The notes beneath the pieces were generated by a model. That model was given only the letters and a program-made list of their open reading frames with translations, was not told the DNA's origin and searched no databases. Positions 1 through 9,247 of a stretch of DNA of 64,000 bases are shown here, piece by piece; the stretch's first letter is position 1; every line of letters begins with the position of its first letter. The translations under genes were made by a program, and so were the position numbers. Location: positions 35,428 to 99,427 of the forward strand of contig CAZKPW010000002.1 in assembly GCA_964554785.1 (NCBI GenBank), in the 5' to 3' direction. This DNA comes from an uncultured Candidatus Peribacteria bacterium. GTDB taxonomy: Bacteria > Patescibacteriota > Gracilibacteria > Peribacterales > Peribacteraceae.

Positions 1-2615
1 TACAATGCCCGGCCTTCTTTCTCCGTTTTATCAGTATAAGCCAGATACGTCTGTTCGAATGTATGATAACTCTCTTCGTTCAGTAACCCTTTGAGGGCAA
101 TCAGATAGGTTACCAAATACTCACGCCTCTGTTTCTGAAACCGTATCAATTCTTCTTCGGTAACGTTTTCAGGAAGTGCGTTAAAAAGTGATTGAAAACC
201 GTCCTCCATTAACCTGATGACTCTTGTGACATCCGGACCTTTGCCTGCAAGGGCAATCAATTCAAATTCCGGTATGATATTGTAATAATAGACATTGTCG
301 ATTTCCTGCAGTGATACCGTTTTTTGTTTTATTGAAAATAAGGCCAGCATCTCCGCATCTGTATTATCGGAGAATTCAATCATTGCCACTTGGAGCTCTT
401 GGAAGCTTTCTTTTTGCAAGAGCAGCTCCATTTTTGTGAGATATACAATAAGGTTGACGCGTTTCTGTTGCAGATATACTTCCAGGCGCTGTTTGTCCAT
501 TACTTCCGGCAATGCCAAAAAAATAGCGTTATTCACTTCTATTAATTCTTCCATTACTTTTTCCGCTTGCTCGGATTTTCCGCCAATGGTTGTTAGTGTA
601 AGCGACGGTCGAGGATGACTTTGAAGAATACGATCAATCTCATTGCGCGTAACGGTCACTTCTTCCGTTTCTTTATCTCCGTTCTGTGCCGCAAACCAAG
701 CAAGGACATCGCGCTGGACTTGCTCATTACTTGCAATGGTAGTTGCATGCATTACCTCGTAAATTTCCGGGTAAGATAATTTCCACGGCTCTTCGGTATA
801 TTCTCCCAATTTGCTTAATCTTGGCCAAAATTCCAAAAATTCATCTTTTGTAAATTCAGAGGGGATTATTTCTGTCTGCGTAGAGCTTACATCACGTAAT
901 CTGTCGCCTATTTTAATTTTTATATGGTCCGGCATAGTCTTTGCTTTATCCATGATCGCATCTTTCATAGGGCCTTTTATTTGATGCATGGCGATTGCAT
1001 TTTCAGAAATGCCCCGAAGCACGGACTCTGTCATGCGTGCAGGCGCTTGCTCTCGCGCTTCTTTCTTATTGTGTAGTGCAAACCACTCCTTCACTTTTTT
1101 CATCCATTTCTCCGCACCTATTTTCTGCGCCTTGCTTGAAACCTCTTTCATTTGTTTAAATTGTCTGTCACTTCCCGTTAGAAAAGTATCAGATTCTGCA
1201 TTGACAGATTCAATATAAACAATGCACTCCTGTTCCGTTAACTCCGTACCCATAATACTTCTTCTTTTTCTTTCGACGGATGCCTTATGTCTGTCAGATT
1301 CTTTTTGAACTTTACGTAATTGTTTAGCCCCTAAGGTACGTACCGTATCTTGAATATCTCCTTTTATCTTGCCTAATTCATCGCGAAGTTCTGACCAGAA
1401 TGAATCAAAAACATCGAAAGGCATGCGCACTTCATTTGGTTGTACGTCGGGGCGCTTTCGTTGATTGGCAAACCATTCCTGCACTTCTTCTCTCCACAAT
1501 TTACATTGTCTTATACTGTTTTGTACGCAAGTGCCACCAAATCCGCGGTTAAGTAGAACAATCTCTTGGGAATCTTTTACCATAGCCCCTTCTATTTCTG
1601 CTATAAATTTCAAACAAGCTGCTTCAGTAGGATTTTTCGATGGTAAATTTTTTGAGGCCTTCAGCCATATCTGCTTTCTATCCTTCGTAATTTTCTCAAG
1701 CAAATTTCTTATACCCGCGTCTTCTTTTACCGCTTGACCAACTTGTTCACGGAATTCATCAGATTGCCCAACTATAGTCCCGTACCATGTAAAAATTTCC
1801 GTAAGAACAGGTAAGGGAATGGTTATCTCCGGTCTTTTTTTTACCTCCTTACTTTGTTGCTGCGCCAAAAAATGCTTGGTTACTTTTTCTCCGCATTTCG
1901 TATGTAACAAATAAAATTGGGCACGGATTTGTTGTTCCGCCCTAATACCGCATGCAGGGAGTGTAGGAGCAACGATAGTGGTAAATAACTTTTCATGTTC
2001 TCTCTGAAATTCTCCAAACTTTGCAACATCTATAGTGTCCGGCAGTGCATTAAATAAATCATGTGCTTTATCCAGCATTTTTGCTCGCGCCCTTTCATGA
2101 ATGCGAAGAGCATTTGTGTCATCACAGGGGGCGACTGCCATATTACCTTCTTCTGCAAGTAAGTCTTTCATTATTTGCATCAATGCATCTTTAGAGATGC
2201 CAAAGGAATGATCGGACTCCTGTCCGTTTCTGCTCCGGTCAATGGTATGAAAAAGACCGGAAACATTTTGCGTCATTTCAGAAAAAATTTCTGAACACAC
2301 TCTTCTTAACTCCATATATAATGGCTCTCCGCGTCCTGCGCCTTCCGGCGGCAGAGAGCCTGTAGCCGCTTCTTGTATTGCAGCTTGAAGGCTGCCGCCG
2401 ATAGCCGACTGTAAGACACCGTCAGGATATTTTTGTACGATGACATCTTTTATGGAAGAACGCACTGCATCAATGCCGTGTATTATTTTTGACGTATCAG
2501 TTTGCTGTCTATGTATAACATTCGAAAAACTTCGATCTATCGTTTCCAGCAATGTACTACGCGTTGGCGCATCTGGATTGGTAGATTCGCCGTTGTGAAC
2601 GCGATTAGTAGACAT
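1..2615 (-). CDS. large hypothetical protein, C-terminus beyond window edge (>871 aa)
   Basis: Hand translation of the minus strand from ATG (2615..2613; MSTNRVHNGESTNPDAPTRS...) stays open to position 1. It is absent from the ORF track because no stop lies in the window, and only short + strand ORFs overlap it. No motif recognised. G+C is visibly lower than in the next genes. Confidence 0.6.
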   Translation of the reverse strand, partial: MSTNRVHNGESTNPDAPTRSTLLETIDRSFSNVIHRQQTDTSKIIHGIDAVRSSIKDVIVQKYPDGVLQSAIGGSLQAAIQEAATGSLPPEGAGRGEPLYMELRRVCSEIFSEMTQNVSGLFHTIDRSRNGQESDHSFGISKDALMQIMKDLLAEEGNMAVAPCDDTNALRIHERARAKMLDKAHDLFNALPDTIDVAKFGEFQREHEKLFTTIVAPTLPACGIRAEQQIRAQFYLLHTKCGEKVTKHFLAQQQSKEVKKRPEITIPLPVLTEIFTWYGTIVGQSDEFREQVGQAVKEDAGIRNLLEKITKDRKQIWLKASKNLPSKNPTEAACLKFIAEIEGAMVKDSQEIVLLNRGFGGTCVQNSIRQCKLWREEVQEWFANQRKRPDVQPNEVRMPFDVFDSFWSELRDELGKIKGDIQDTVRTLGAKQLRKVQKESDRHKASVERKRRSIMGTELTEQECIVYIESVNAESDTFLTGSDRQFKQMKEVSSKAQKIGAEKWMKKVKEWFALHNKKEAREQAPARMTESVLRGISENAIAMHQIKGPMKDAIMDKAKTMPDHIKIKIGDRLRDVSSTQTEIIPSEFTKDEFLEFWPRLSKLGEYTEEPWKLSYPEIYEVMHATTIASNEQVQRDVLAWFAAQNGDKETEEVTVTRNEIDRILQSHPRPSLTLTTIGGKSEQAEKVMEELIEVNNAIFLALPEVMDKQRLEVYLQQKRVNLIVYLTKMELLLQKESFQELQVAMIEFSDNTDAEMLALFSIKQKTVSLQEIDNVYYYNIIPEFELIALAGKGPDVTRVIRLMEDGFQSLFNALPENVTEEELIRFQKQRREYLVTYLIALKGLLNEESYHTFEQTYLAYTDKTEKEGRAL

Positions 2616-2777
2616 AATTTAAAAATGGGTTATATTATGATTTAAAAACATGATCTTGTCAAAGGTCAATAATGGTTCAAATTGACTATTTAATGCAATA
2701 TTTTTCACATTAGGCGTTAATTTTCGGTAAATATGATATTAGACAAATAATTATTATTAGTTTATAAATACAACGAA

Positions 2778-4358
2778 ATGCACCTCAAACCACACGAAGT
2801 ATTGGCTGAATTGGATCTCCACTGGATTCCGGAGTCTGTGCGTGGCGATGTGTCGTGGCTTTTGAAAGATGCAAAGGGTCGCGTGCATCAGGTACTGGTG
2901 ACGGCGCGCGATATGTTGCGGGAAGATGCGGGTGTTGGAGGGGATATTGAGCAATTGAGACATCGCGTACTGACTGCGGTTTCCCATGCACTGGGCAGAC
3001 GCGGTTCCATAGATTGGAAAAATCTTTTGCAGTCGGAAGAGTCGGAAGCATTTCATACACTGAAAGCAGTAGGTGTAAATGAGGCACATGCAGAAGCGCC
3101 GCATGTTCTTCACAATGCCTACGGTGTAGATGCAGTGCGCAGCGTGCGGAATAGATTCGGAGCCAACGGACATTTTAAAGCGTGGTGGGAGGAACGACAG
3201 GAAGATGAAGAAAAAAAGTTGGAAGAACAATCCGAACAAGAATTCAATGTCATTGCTTCTCAGGTTCTTCAGTGCAAGCCGGAGGATATGAGTATGTTTT
3301 TACGCGGAACGGGATTACCTGCAGATGCTCTGCGCAATCAAACATGGATAGAGACACTCTGGAATGCGGATCGTCCTACGGTGCGCAGGCACTTGGATTT
3401 TTTCCGCCGCGCAATTCTGCAGAGAAATGATGCCGACACATTTCTGAAAACAGGAGATTGGAAAAATATATTTTCTCAACTTTCCACAGCATCAAATTCT
3501 GTAACACCAAAAGCTCGAGATCATTTTATGGAATATGTGGAGCAAGGAGACTCGCCACTCTCTGCGGAAGATCGCGAATTATTTTTACCGTTTGATGATG
3601 AAGCGGAAGGAGGCAATCCTTGGAAGAGTATGAGTGCATATGCAGACCTCTATGCAGAGAGCGGTCTGCGTGGAATTGCTACATCGAATGAAGCAGTGTT
3701 GCTTGTTGCACATGGTGTGACTGCGTGCCGAGAAGCCGGTCCGGTTTCTTGCGAGATGATTGATTGGTGTGACACGCCGGAGCAGTTTCGCAGTTTATTC
3801 CGCATTCTTGGACTGTCTTCCGAGCAATGGGAACATGCAGAGCAGCTCCGCGAGAGGGATCCGGATCTTTTTCTTGCAGTGCAATTTCGTTTCGGATCGC
3901 ATGCGGAATTTGTGCAGTGGATGAAATGCAGCGCCTCTTTTGATTCTGCATTGCGTCAAAAAGTGCGCAGGTGTCGTTCGGGTGAAGATCTCCGTGCTTT
4001 GGCACAGGAATTGGGGGTACAGGGCGATGCATGGAAAGGGGAGGCGTGGATGCTGACGCGATCGTCAGAAGAAACAGGAAATGATTTGAGCAGCTTCGTA
4101 CATGCACTTCAAAATCACCCGCGCCTTTCGCTTTTCAATGCACACGAAGGTCAAACGTATCCGGACATTATGCGCAACCTTTCTCGTGTAATCGTACATA
4201 TAGAACAGGCGTGGGACTCCGTGTATAGACACTGCGAAGAGTTCGGAATGTCGCTGGAAGAACTGCTGCGTGTGGAGCACTCGAGACTGTTTGAACACTG
4301 CGCTGAATTACGGTCTGCTCTTCGTTATATTGAGCAGAACGAGCCAAAACGCAGTTAG
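2778..4358 (+). CDS. hypothetical protein (526 aa)
   Basis: Long ORF divergent from the 1..2615 gene across an AT-rich spacer. It sits 44 nt upstream of the helicase gene on the same strand. No recognisable motif. Confidence 0.7.
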   Translation: MHLKPHEVLAELDLHWIPESVRGDVSWLLKDAKGRVHQVLVTARDMLREDAGVGGDIEQLRHRVLTAVSHALGRRGSIDWKNLLQSEESEAFHTLKAVGVNEAHAEAPHVLHNAYGVDAVRSVRNRFGANGHFKAWWEERQEDEEKKLEEQSEQEFNVIASQVLQCKPEDMSMFLRGTGLPADALRNQTWIETLWNADRPTVRRHLDFFRRAILQRNDADTFLKTGDWKNIFSQLSTASNSVTPKARDHFMEYVEQGDSPLSAEDRELFLPFDDEAEGGNPWKSMSAYADLYAESGLRGIATSNEAVLLVAHGVTACREAGPVSCEMIDWCDTPEQFRSLFRILGLSSEQWEHAEQLRERDPDLFLAVQFRFGSHAEFVQWMKCSASFDSALRQKVRRCRSGEDLRALAQELGVQGDAWKGEAWMLTRSSEETGNDLSSFVHALQNHPRLSLFNAHEGQTYPDIMRNLSRVIVHIEQAWDSVYRHCEEFGMSLEELLRVEHSRLFEHCAELRSALRYIEQNEPKRS

Positions 4359-4401
4359 AACGCATGGACACTTAAATATACATATGTAATAATATGGCCT
4401 T

Positions 4402-7400
4402 ATGTCAACTATAGAGGCCGAGACTCTTCTCCGGCATCTCGATGAACAGGCGGCGTTGCTCTCCGTAGAATATACGGAGCATTCTTCCGTGATTGCAGAG
4501 ATTCAAGTGCGGCTTCGTCGCGTCATTGGAGAGCGCGTGTTGGAATCCCCGGATGATTGCGCCGATCTCTGTTTGGAGATGGATGAAGAATTAAATCGCA
4601 TACTGCCCGCAAGACAATCCAGAAAATCGACCGATACGTTTTGGGTTGGAGGAGTGGATTTATCCTACAATGACGCGCAGCACATTCGTAAACAGGTTGA
4701 TCGCATTCGCGGACAGATTGAAAAAATTATTCAGCGTGTCAGCGGATGGGAAATGGAACGCATGAATCGCATTCGTCAGCTTGCGGCGCAGAGATCCGGA
4801 AAAGAAATCGGGGTCGATCCGTCCACTCAAACCGAAGAAGAAATTTTGCATGCCATTCCGGACAGCACTAAAAGAGCGTTACGTCATTTGGTGGAAGAGT
4901 GGCAACTGGATGCCGGTCTTATTTACCAGTTGCTTGCGGATTTGCACCCGGGACGTTTCCGCACCGCGGACGACGAACATGTGGGACTCTTGAGCGATGA
5001 ACTTGGGAAATGTTCCAACCTTGGAAAATCTTTTGCTATTCCGGATCTTCCTCCCGAATTCCTCACGCGACCGGACATCAGTTGGTTCCGAGAAATTCTT
5101 TTCAATGCACGTCGCGATCAACTCCTTTCGCTCTTTGTAAAAGAAGGATTTCATGCGGTTCAAGAACCTATTGAAGAAGAGATTAAAGAAATCACTGCAC
5201 GAGAAAAACAAGAATTTATTCAAGCCGGAACGACGGAAGAGCGACAGATCGTTCGGCAGGAATATGCGCTAAAACGCCAGTTCGCCCATGCTCTTTTACG
5301 ATACTTCCGAGAGGTTGAAGAATTGCCGGTTCCGCACATGTTGCGCACGACCATTCGCGGCAGACAATATCCGGATCGTCAGCAGAAAGTCGCGGCGTAT
5401 GAAACGCTGCGCATGGGCGGCAGACTCTTCAACGGTGGAAAAACGGGAAGCGGAAAAACCGGTTCCATCATTTACACCATTGCACAGGGAATGGAAGAAG
5501 GGACGTTTAAAAAATCTCTTATCCAATGCCCCGCCTGTATTTTGTCCGAATGGCGTTTGGCATTGAGTGACGATCCCGAGCACGGATATTTTCAGTCCGG
5601 AGCATTGGAAGCGGGCGATGTTGTGTTTATAGACGGTCCGCCGGACGAGCGCCCCGAACAATGGGACAATGCGGCCAATGCAAAAATTGTGGTCATAGGC
5701 ATTGAGCTGACGCGCGGAAGCACGCTCGATATTCCTCATAAAGATTTGTTGCAAGATTTGAATGCGGATTTTTATGCAATAGACGAAGCGCATCGTGCAA
5801 AAAATACGAAGAAAAAAGCAATTATCAACGGAGATACTTCCGTACGCCATTCTCCATTTACAGAAGATGAACTCTTTGAAAACGGCATGGTTATTGAGCA
5901 CAACGGCGAAGCTGCCATTCCGCGCCGCACGACTACCGATATGTCGAATATTTATGAAGTAAGCAGGCGCTCGCCGTACAGAGTGTTTGCGAGTGCAACG
6001 GTTGTATCGAATACGACCGATGATCTTGTTGCACCCACGCTCTGTTTAAATGCCGAGCCCGATGAGTATCACTCGTCCGCAAAACCTTTGCCGCATCGCT
6101 TAATTTGTTTTGAGCGTTTCTTGGAAGAGAGCGGTCTTCCGCAGGATCGGGATATTTTACGGACAGTGACATCTACCGTTCCCGTTGAACGTAATTTTGC
6201 CCTGACCTGGGAAGATATTCCGTCGCTTCGCAGAGATATTGCTTTGGGTGGACGCGAATGTCCGCGCCGTTTTTTGCCGCATTTTTATCGTCCGCCGCGC
6301 GAAGCGTGCGTTCCCACCCCCGATTACCCGCCCCCAAAAATCATCAGGTTTCCTCTTTCCGTTGCAGAGCAAGGATTGAATGACGACGTGCGCGGAGAGG
6401 ATCGATCGGTGTTTGAAAAAATGCAGGCGCTTATTCGCATCGCATCGCACCCATATGCCGTTTCTGGTCACCCGGAAACCGGATCGACCATGTTGCGTCA
6501 TGCTACGAACATTTTAAATGAGTGGTTTCAGAATGATGTGAATCATGCGGTTGTGGTATCGCCGCTCTTTGCACAAGGAATGACGCGTCCGGGAGAGCAT
6601 CATCCGTCTGCCAGCGTGTTTTCTTTTTTGGAACAAATGTATGCAGAGCAAGGAGTGACCGTGTTTGCGCTTGATGGACGTGAGTCTTCGCACCGTGTGA
6701 TGAAAACGCCGTCTTCCTTAAGCGGTCGATCACTTACAAAAACGCAGCAGATTATCGAACGATTTGCACTGTCTCCAAAAGGAATCCTCGTGGTGCAGAA
6801 AGATACTATTGCCGTCGGGCTCAATGAGTTTGCACGCGCAGGAATCGGGCATGTGGTGTCTATGGGTTACAGCTGGACCACGTCTGAAATGGATCAGCTC
6901 TTCGGTCGCTTCCCGCGTCCCGGACAAACGAGCGAGGTCGACATAAACGTTCTCTTGGCGGAAGGATTTGTTGCAAAAATGCACGACCAAGCTGTTATTA
7001 AAAACGGATGCAATGAAATATTCCTCACAGGACGCATTCCAACACCCGAGCAGCTGCGCATGTATCACGATAAGCCCAGCATGCAGCCCATTTCCTCCCT
7101 GGTAAAAACGCCGCGTCAGGAATTTACGGAACTCACGCGTTTGATGGCGGGGAACGGGCGCAAATTTATTGCAAACGGACAGAATGCGGATCGCTTCGTG
7201 GAACTCTATAACGCCAACTGGGAAGAAAGTTACAATGGAAACGTGTTGCGCTCCGTTGCGGGCATAGCGCAAGCGCGTCTGCGTCATATGCGCAGCGTGA
7301 CCCACAACGGACAAGAGAAAACTATGCGCATAGCGGACGACGGTGCCGGAACATTCGGTTTTCATCGAACCATGACGCATGTGCCGAATCTGGATATTCA

Positions 7401-8469
7401 CAGCAGCGATCTTGAACCGAAAATGCTTGCCGCATCATTTGGCGAAACCATTCTTGGACCGCAGTATAAGCCCGAAAACGTTCATCTTGGCTGGGCCGTG
7501 GATGCCACCGAATACGAAACGGGATCCATGGATATGCGTGTCACGTCGCTGGTGCTTGATTGTTTGGCGCACTCACAACGCCGCGGTGGAAAAGAGATGA
7601 TTAAAACATTCTTGGAAAGTAATCGCATTCTTGCACGCGAAACTGCAGAGCAGCCGGGCGGCGAATGGACCATCACGCTTCCTACGGGAGTCTTTAAGGC
7701 TCAGAAGAGAAAGCTGGAACAATTCTTGGCGTGCTTTAAATATTTTGGATTCGAAATTATCCCCGCAGCCAGCGGCAAAGTACGCTGCAGCGAAAAAGAT
7801 CCCGACGGCGATTCCTTTGAAGTGAATGTGTTTACGGCTCGACGCATCGGCGATCCCGCCATCCGTCACAACACGCCGTGGGAAACGCTCCCCAGAGATA
7901 TCCGTGAAGGACTCGATTTCCGCAGGGCACGCACCAAGGGGGAGGAAAAGAAAAAGAAGAAGACATCGTCCGCGGAAGAAAATCCCGTCTACTACGACAG
8001 CTTCGTTTTGGAATCGGTCGACGGGCCCGTGCATAATGTGTCGTATGCGGGAGATACCGCTGCCGACGAAAGAAAGCAGCAACTTAAAATTCGCCGCGAA
8101 CTTTTGCGCCGCAGCACGCCGGCCGTTCGTCTCTTATTGCAGAGACACGCGACGTTGGAATCCGTTCCCGCGGAGGTATGGCACACGTTAACGCCGGATC
8201 AAATATTTTTGACCGATGCAGTAAGCGATACGCCGAAGGCAGTACGCGACATCTACATGCATGCCATCATTGCAGAGTGTCCGGACATGTCGCATGCCGC
8301 GGAGTACTTGTCGGGAGTTAATAACGGGCAAACAAAAGCGATGATTGTGGATTGTCACGAAGCGAAAGGCAGATACTTCGTGTTCGCCGGCCCCGATGGA
8401 AATCCTTCGGGAGAAAAATATTATGTTCTTCGCAAGAACGGCAAGAAGAAGCCGAATGGCGATCAGTAA
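4402..8469 (+). CDS. SNF2/DEAD-like superfamily-2 helicase fused to a C-terminal class-I methyltransferase-like module (1355 aa)
   Basis: Helicase motif I GGKTGSGKTGS (5434..5466) and DEAH box IDEAHRAKN (5782..5793). SNF2-style IRIASHPYAV (6433..6462). Motif VI QLFGRFPRPGQ (6895..6927). Downstream is a Rossmann-like IADDGAGTFGF (7330..7362) followed by SSDLEP and MRVTSLVLDCL, resembling SAM-MTase motifs I, II and III. Confidence 0.8.
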   Translation: MSTIEAETLLRHLDEQAALLSVEYTEHSSVIAEIQVRLRRVIGERVLESPDDCADLCLEMDEELNRILPARQSRKSTDTFWVGGVDLSYNDAQHIRKQVDRIRGQIEKIIQRVSGWEMERMNRIRQLAAQRSGKEIGVDPSTQTEEEILHAIPDSTKRALRHLVEEWQLDAGLIYQLLADLHPGRFRTADDEHVGLLSDELGKCSNLGKSFAIPDLPPEFLTRPDISWFREILFNARRDQLLSLFVKEGFHAVQEPIEEEIKEITAREKQEFIQAGTTEERQIVRQEYALKRQFAHALLRYFREVEELPVPHMLRTTIRGRQYPDRQQKVAAYETLRMGGRLFNGGKTGSGKTGSIIYTIAQGMEEGTFKKSLIQCPACILSEWRLALSDDPEHGYFQSGALEAGDVVFIDGPPDERPEQWDNAANAKIVVIGIELTRGSTLDIPHKDLLQDLNADFYAIDEAHRAKNTKKKAIINGDTSVRHSPFTEDELFENGMVIEHNGEAAIPRRTTTDMSNIYEVSRRSPYRVFASATVVSNTTDDLVAPTLCLNAEPDEYHSSAKPLPHRLICFERFLEESGLPQDRDILRTVTSTVPVERNFALTWEDIPSLRRDIALGGRECPRRFLPHFYRPPREACVPTPDYPPPKIIRFPLSVAEQGLNDDVRGEDRSVFEKMQALIRIASHPYAVSGHPETGSTMLRHATNILNEWFQNDVNHAVVVSPLFAQGMTRPGEHHPSASVFSFLEQMYAEQGVTVFALDGRESSHRVMKTPSSLSGRSLTKTQQIIERFALSPKGILVVQKDTIAVGLNEFARAGIGHVVSMGYSWTTSEMDQLFGRFPRPGQTSEVDINVLLAEGFVAKMHDQAVIKNGCNEIFLTGRIPTPEQLRMYHDKPSMQPISSLVKTPRQEFTELTRLMAGNGRKFIANGQNADRFVELYNANWEESYNGNVLRSVAGIAQARLRHMRSVTHNGQEKTMRIADDGAGTFGFHRTMTHVPNLDIHSSDLEPKMLAASFGETILGPQYKPENVHLGWAVDATEYETGSMDMRVTSLVLDCLAHSQRRGGKEMIKTFLESNRILARETAEQPGGEWTITLPTGVFKAQKRKLEQFLACFKYFGFEIIPAASGKVRCSEKDPDGDSFEVNVFTARRIGDPAIRHNTPWETLPRDIREGLDFRRARTKGEEKKKKKTSSAEENPVYYDSFVLESVDGPVHNVSYAGDTAADERKQQLKIRRELLRRSTPAVRLLLQRHATLESVPAEVWHTLTPDQIFLTDAVSDTPKAVRDIYMHAIIAECPDMSHAAEYLSGVNNGQTKAMIVDCHEAKGRYFVFAGPDGNPSGEKYYVLRKNGKKKPNGDQ

Positions 8470-8477
8470 GTCGTTTA

Positions 8478-8506
8478 TTGACAAAATGACAATAAAGTCA
8501 TACATT
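8478..8506 (+). promoter_or_regulatory. candidate sigma70-type promoter (TTGACA-17 nt-TACATT)
   Basis: TTGACA at 8478..8483, a 17-nt spacer, and TACATT at 8501..8506, about 24 nt before the ATG at 8530. Confidence 0.4.
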
Positions 8507-8529
8507 TATTATCACTACCCCTCATCTCT

Positions 8530-9195
8530 ATGGGAAAAGAAGTCGCAGGATACACAGAACAAGAACTTGGTAAGTTGTACCGCTCTGCCAAGGGATTACT
8601 TGGTCGTGAAATTCAATTCAATGGACTCCAAATAGAGGCGAATGTAGCCAAGGAAATAGACGGATGTGTGTTAGATAGCAGAAATAAAGTGGCCATTGCC
8701 ATTAGTGCCATCGATTTTTATCCGACACAGAGTGCGAATTGGCAGCAAAAAATTGATAAAGGTGATGGAAAACGCCGGCCGCTCCAAATTTATAGCGATA
8801 TGTCCAATGCCAACCCTCTTGTGAGCGTTACATTGCAGAAAACGGCAGCTGCAAAAACAACCCCTCTTGCGGTCATTAAAAGAGTTATTGCGGCAACCGG
8901 CACAGGAAAAGGCGATGTCAAAGAAGTTACCTGGAAAGAGCTCCTCACAAACCCGGCCCTCGGACTTCTTCCGGAACAAATGAAGCAGGTGATGGACGCC
9001 ATGAATTATGCAGATATTATGAAAGAAGATTCTGGCGTAAGAATTCAAAAAATAGACGGTACGACGTTCGCATCCGAACAACTGGACACTCCCGAAGGAG
9101 CGCATGAGGACTTGGATGCAAAAATTGCGTTAACCAGAGACGGTAAGAGCGAAATTAAGGAAGCGTTGCTTGAGCTCATGAAAATGAAGCGTTAA
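8530..9195 (+). CDS. hypothetical protein (221 aa)
   Basis: ORF directly downstream of the helicase gene with its own promoter-like hexamers. No motif recognised. Confidence 0.6.
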   Translation: MGKEVAGYTEQELGKLYRSAKGLLGREIQFNGLQIEANVAKEIDGCVLDSRNKVAIAISAIDFYPTQSANWQQKIDKGDGKRRPLQIYSDMSNANPLVSVTLQKTAAAKTTPLAVIKRVIAATGTGKGDVKEVTWKELLTNPALGLLPEQMKQVMDAMNYADIMKEDSGVRIQKIDGTTFASEQLDTPEGAHEDLDAKIALTRDGKSEIKEALLELMKMKR

Positions 9196-9247
9196 GAAAA
9201 AGGCCGTTTGGATGCGTGCATTAAATTGAATCGTTGCAGAACACTGC

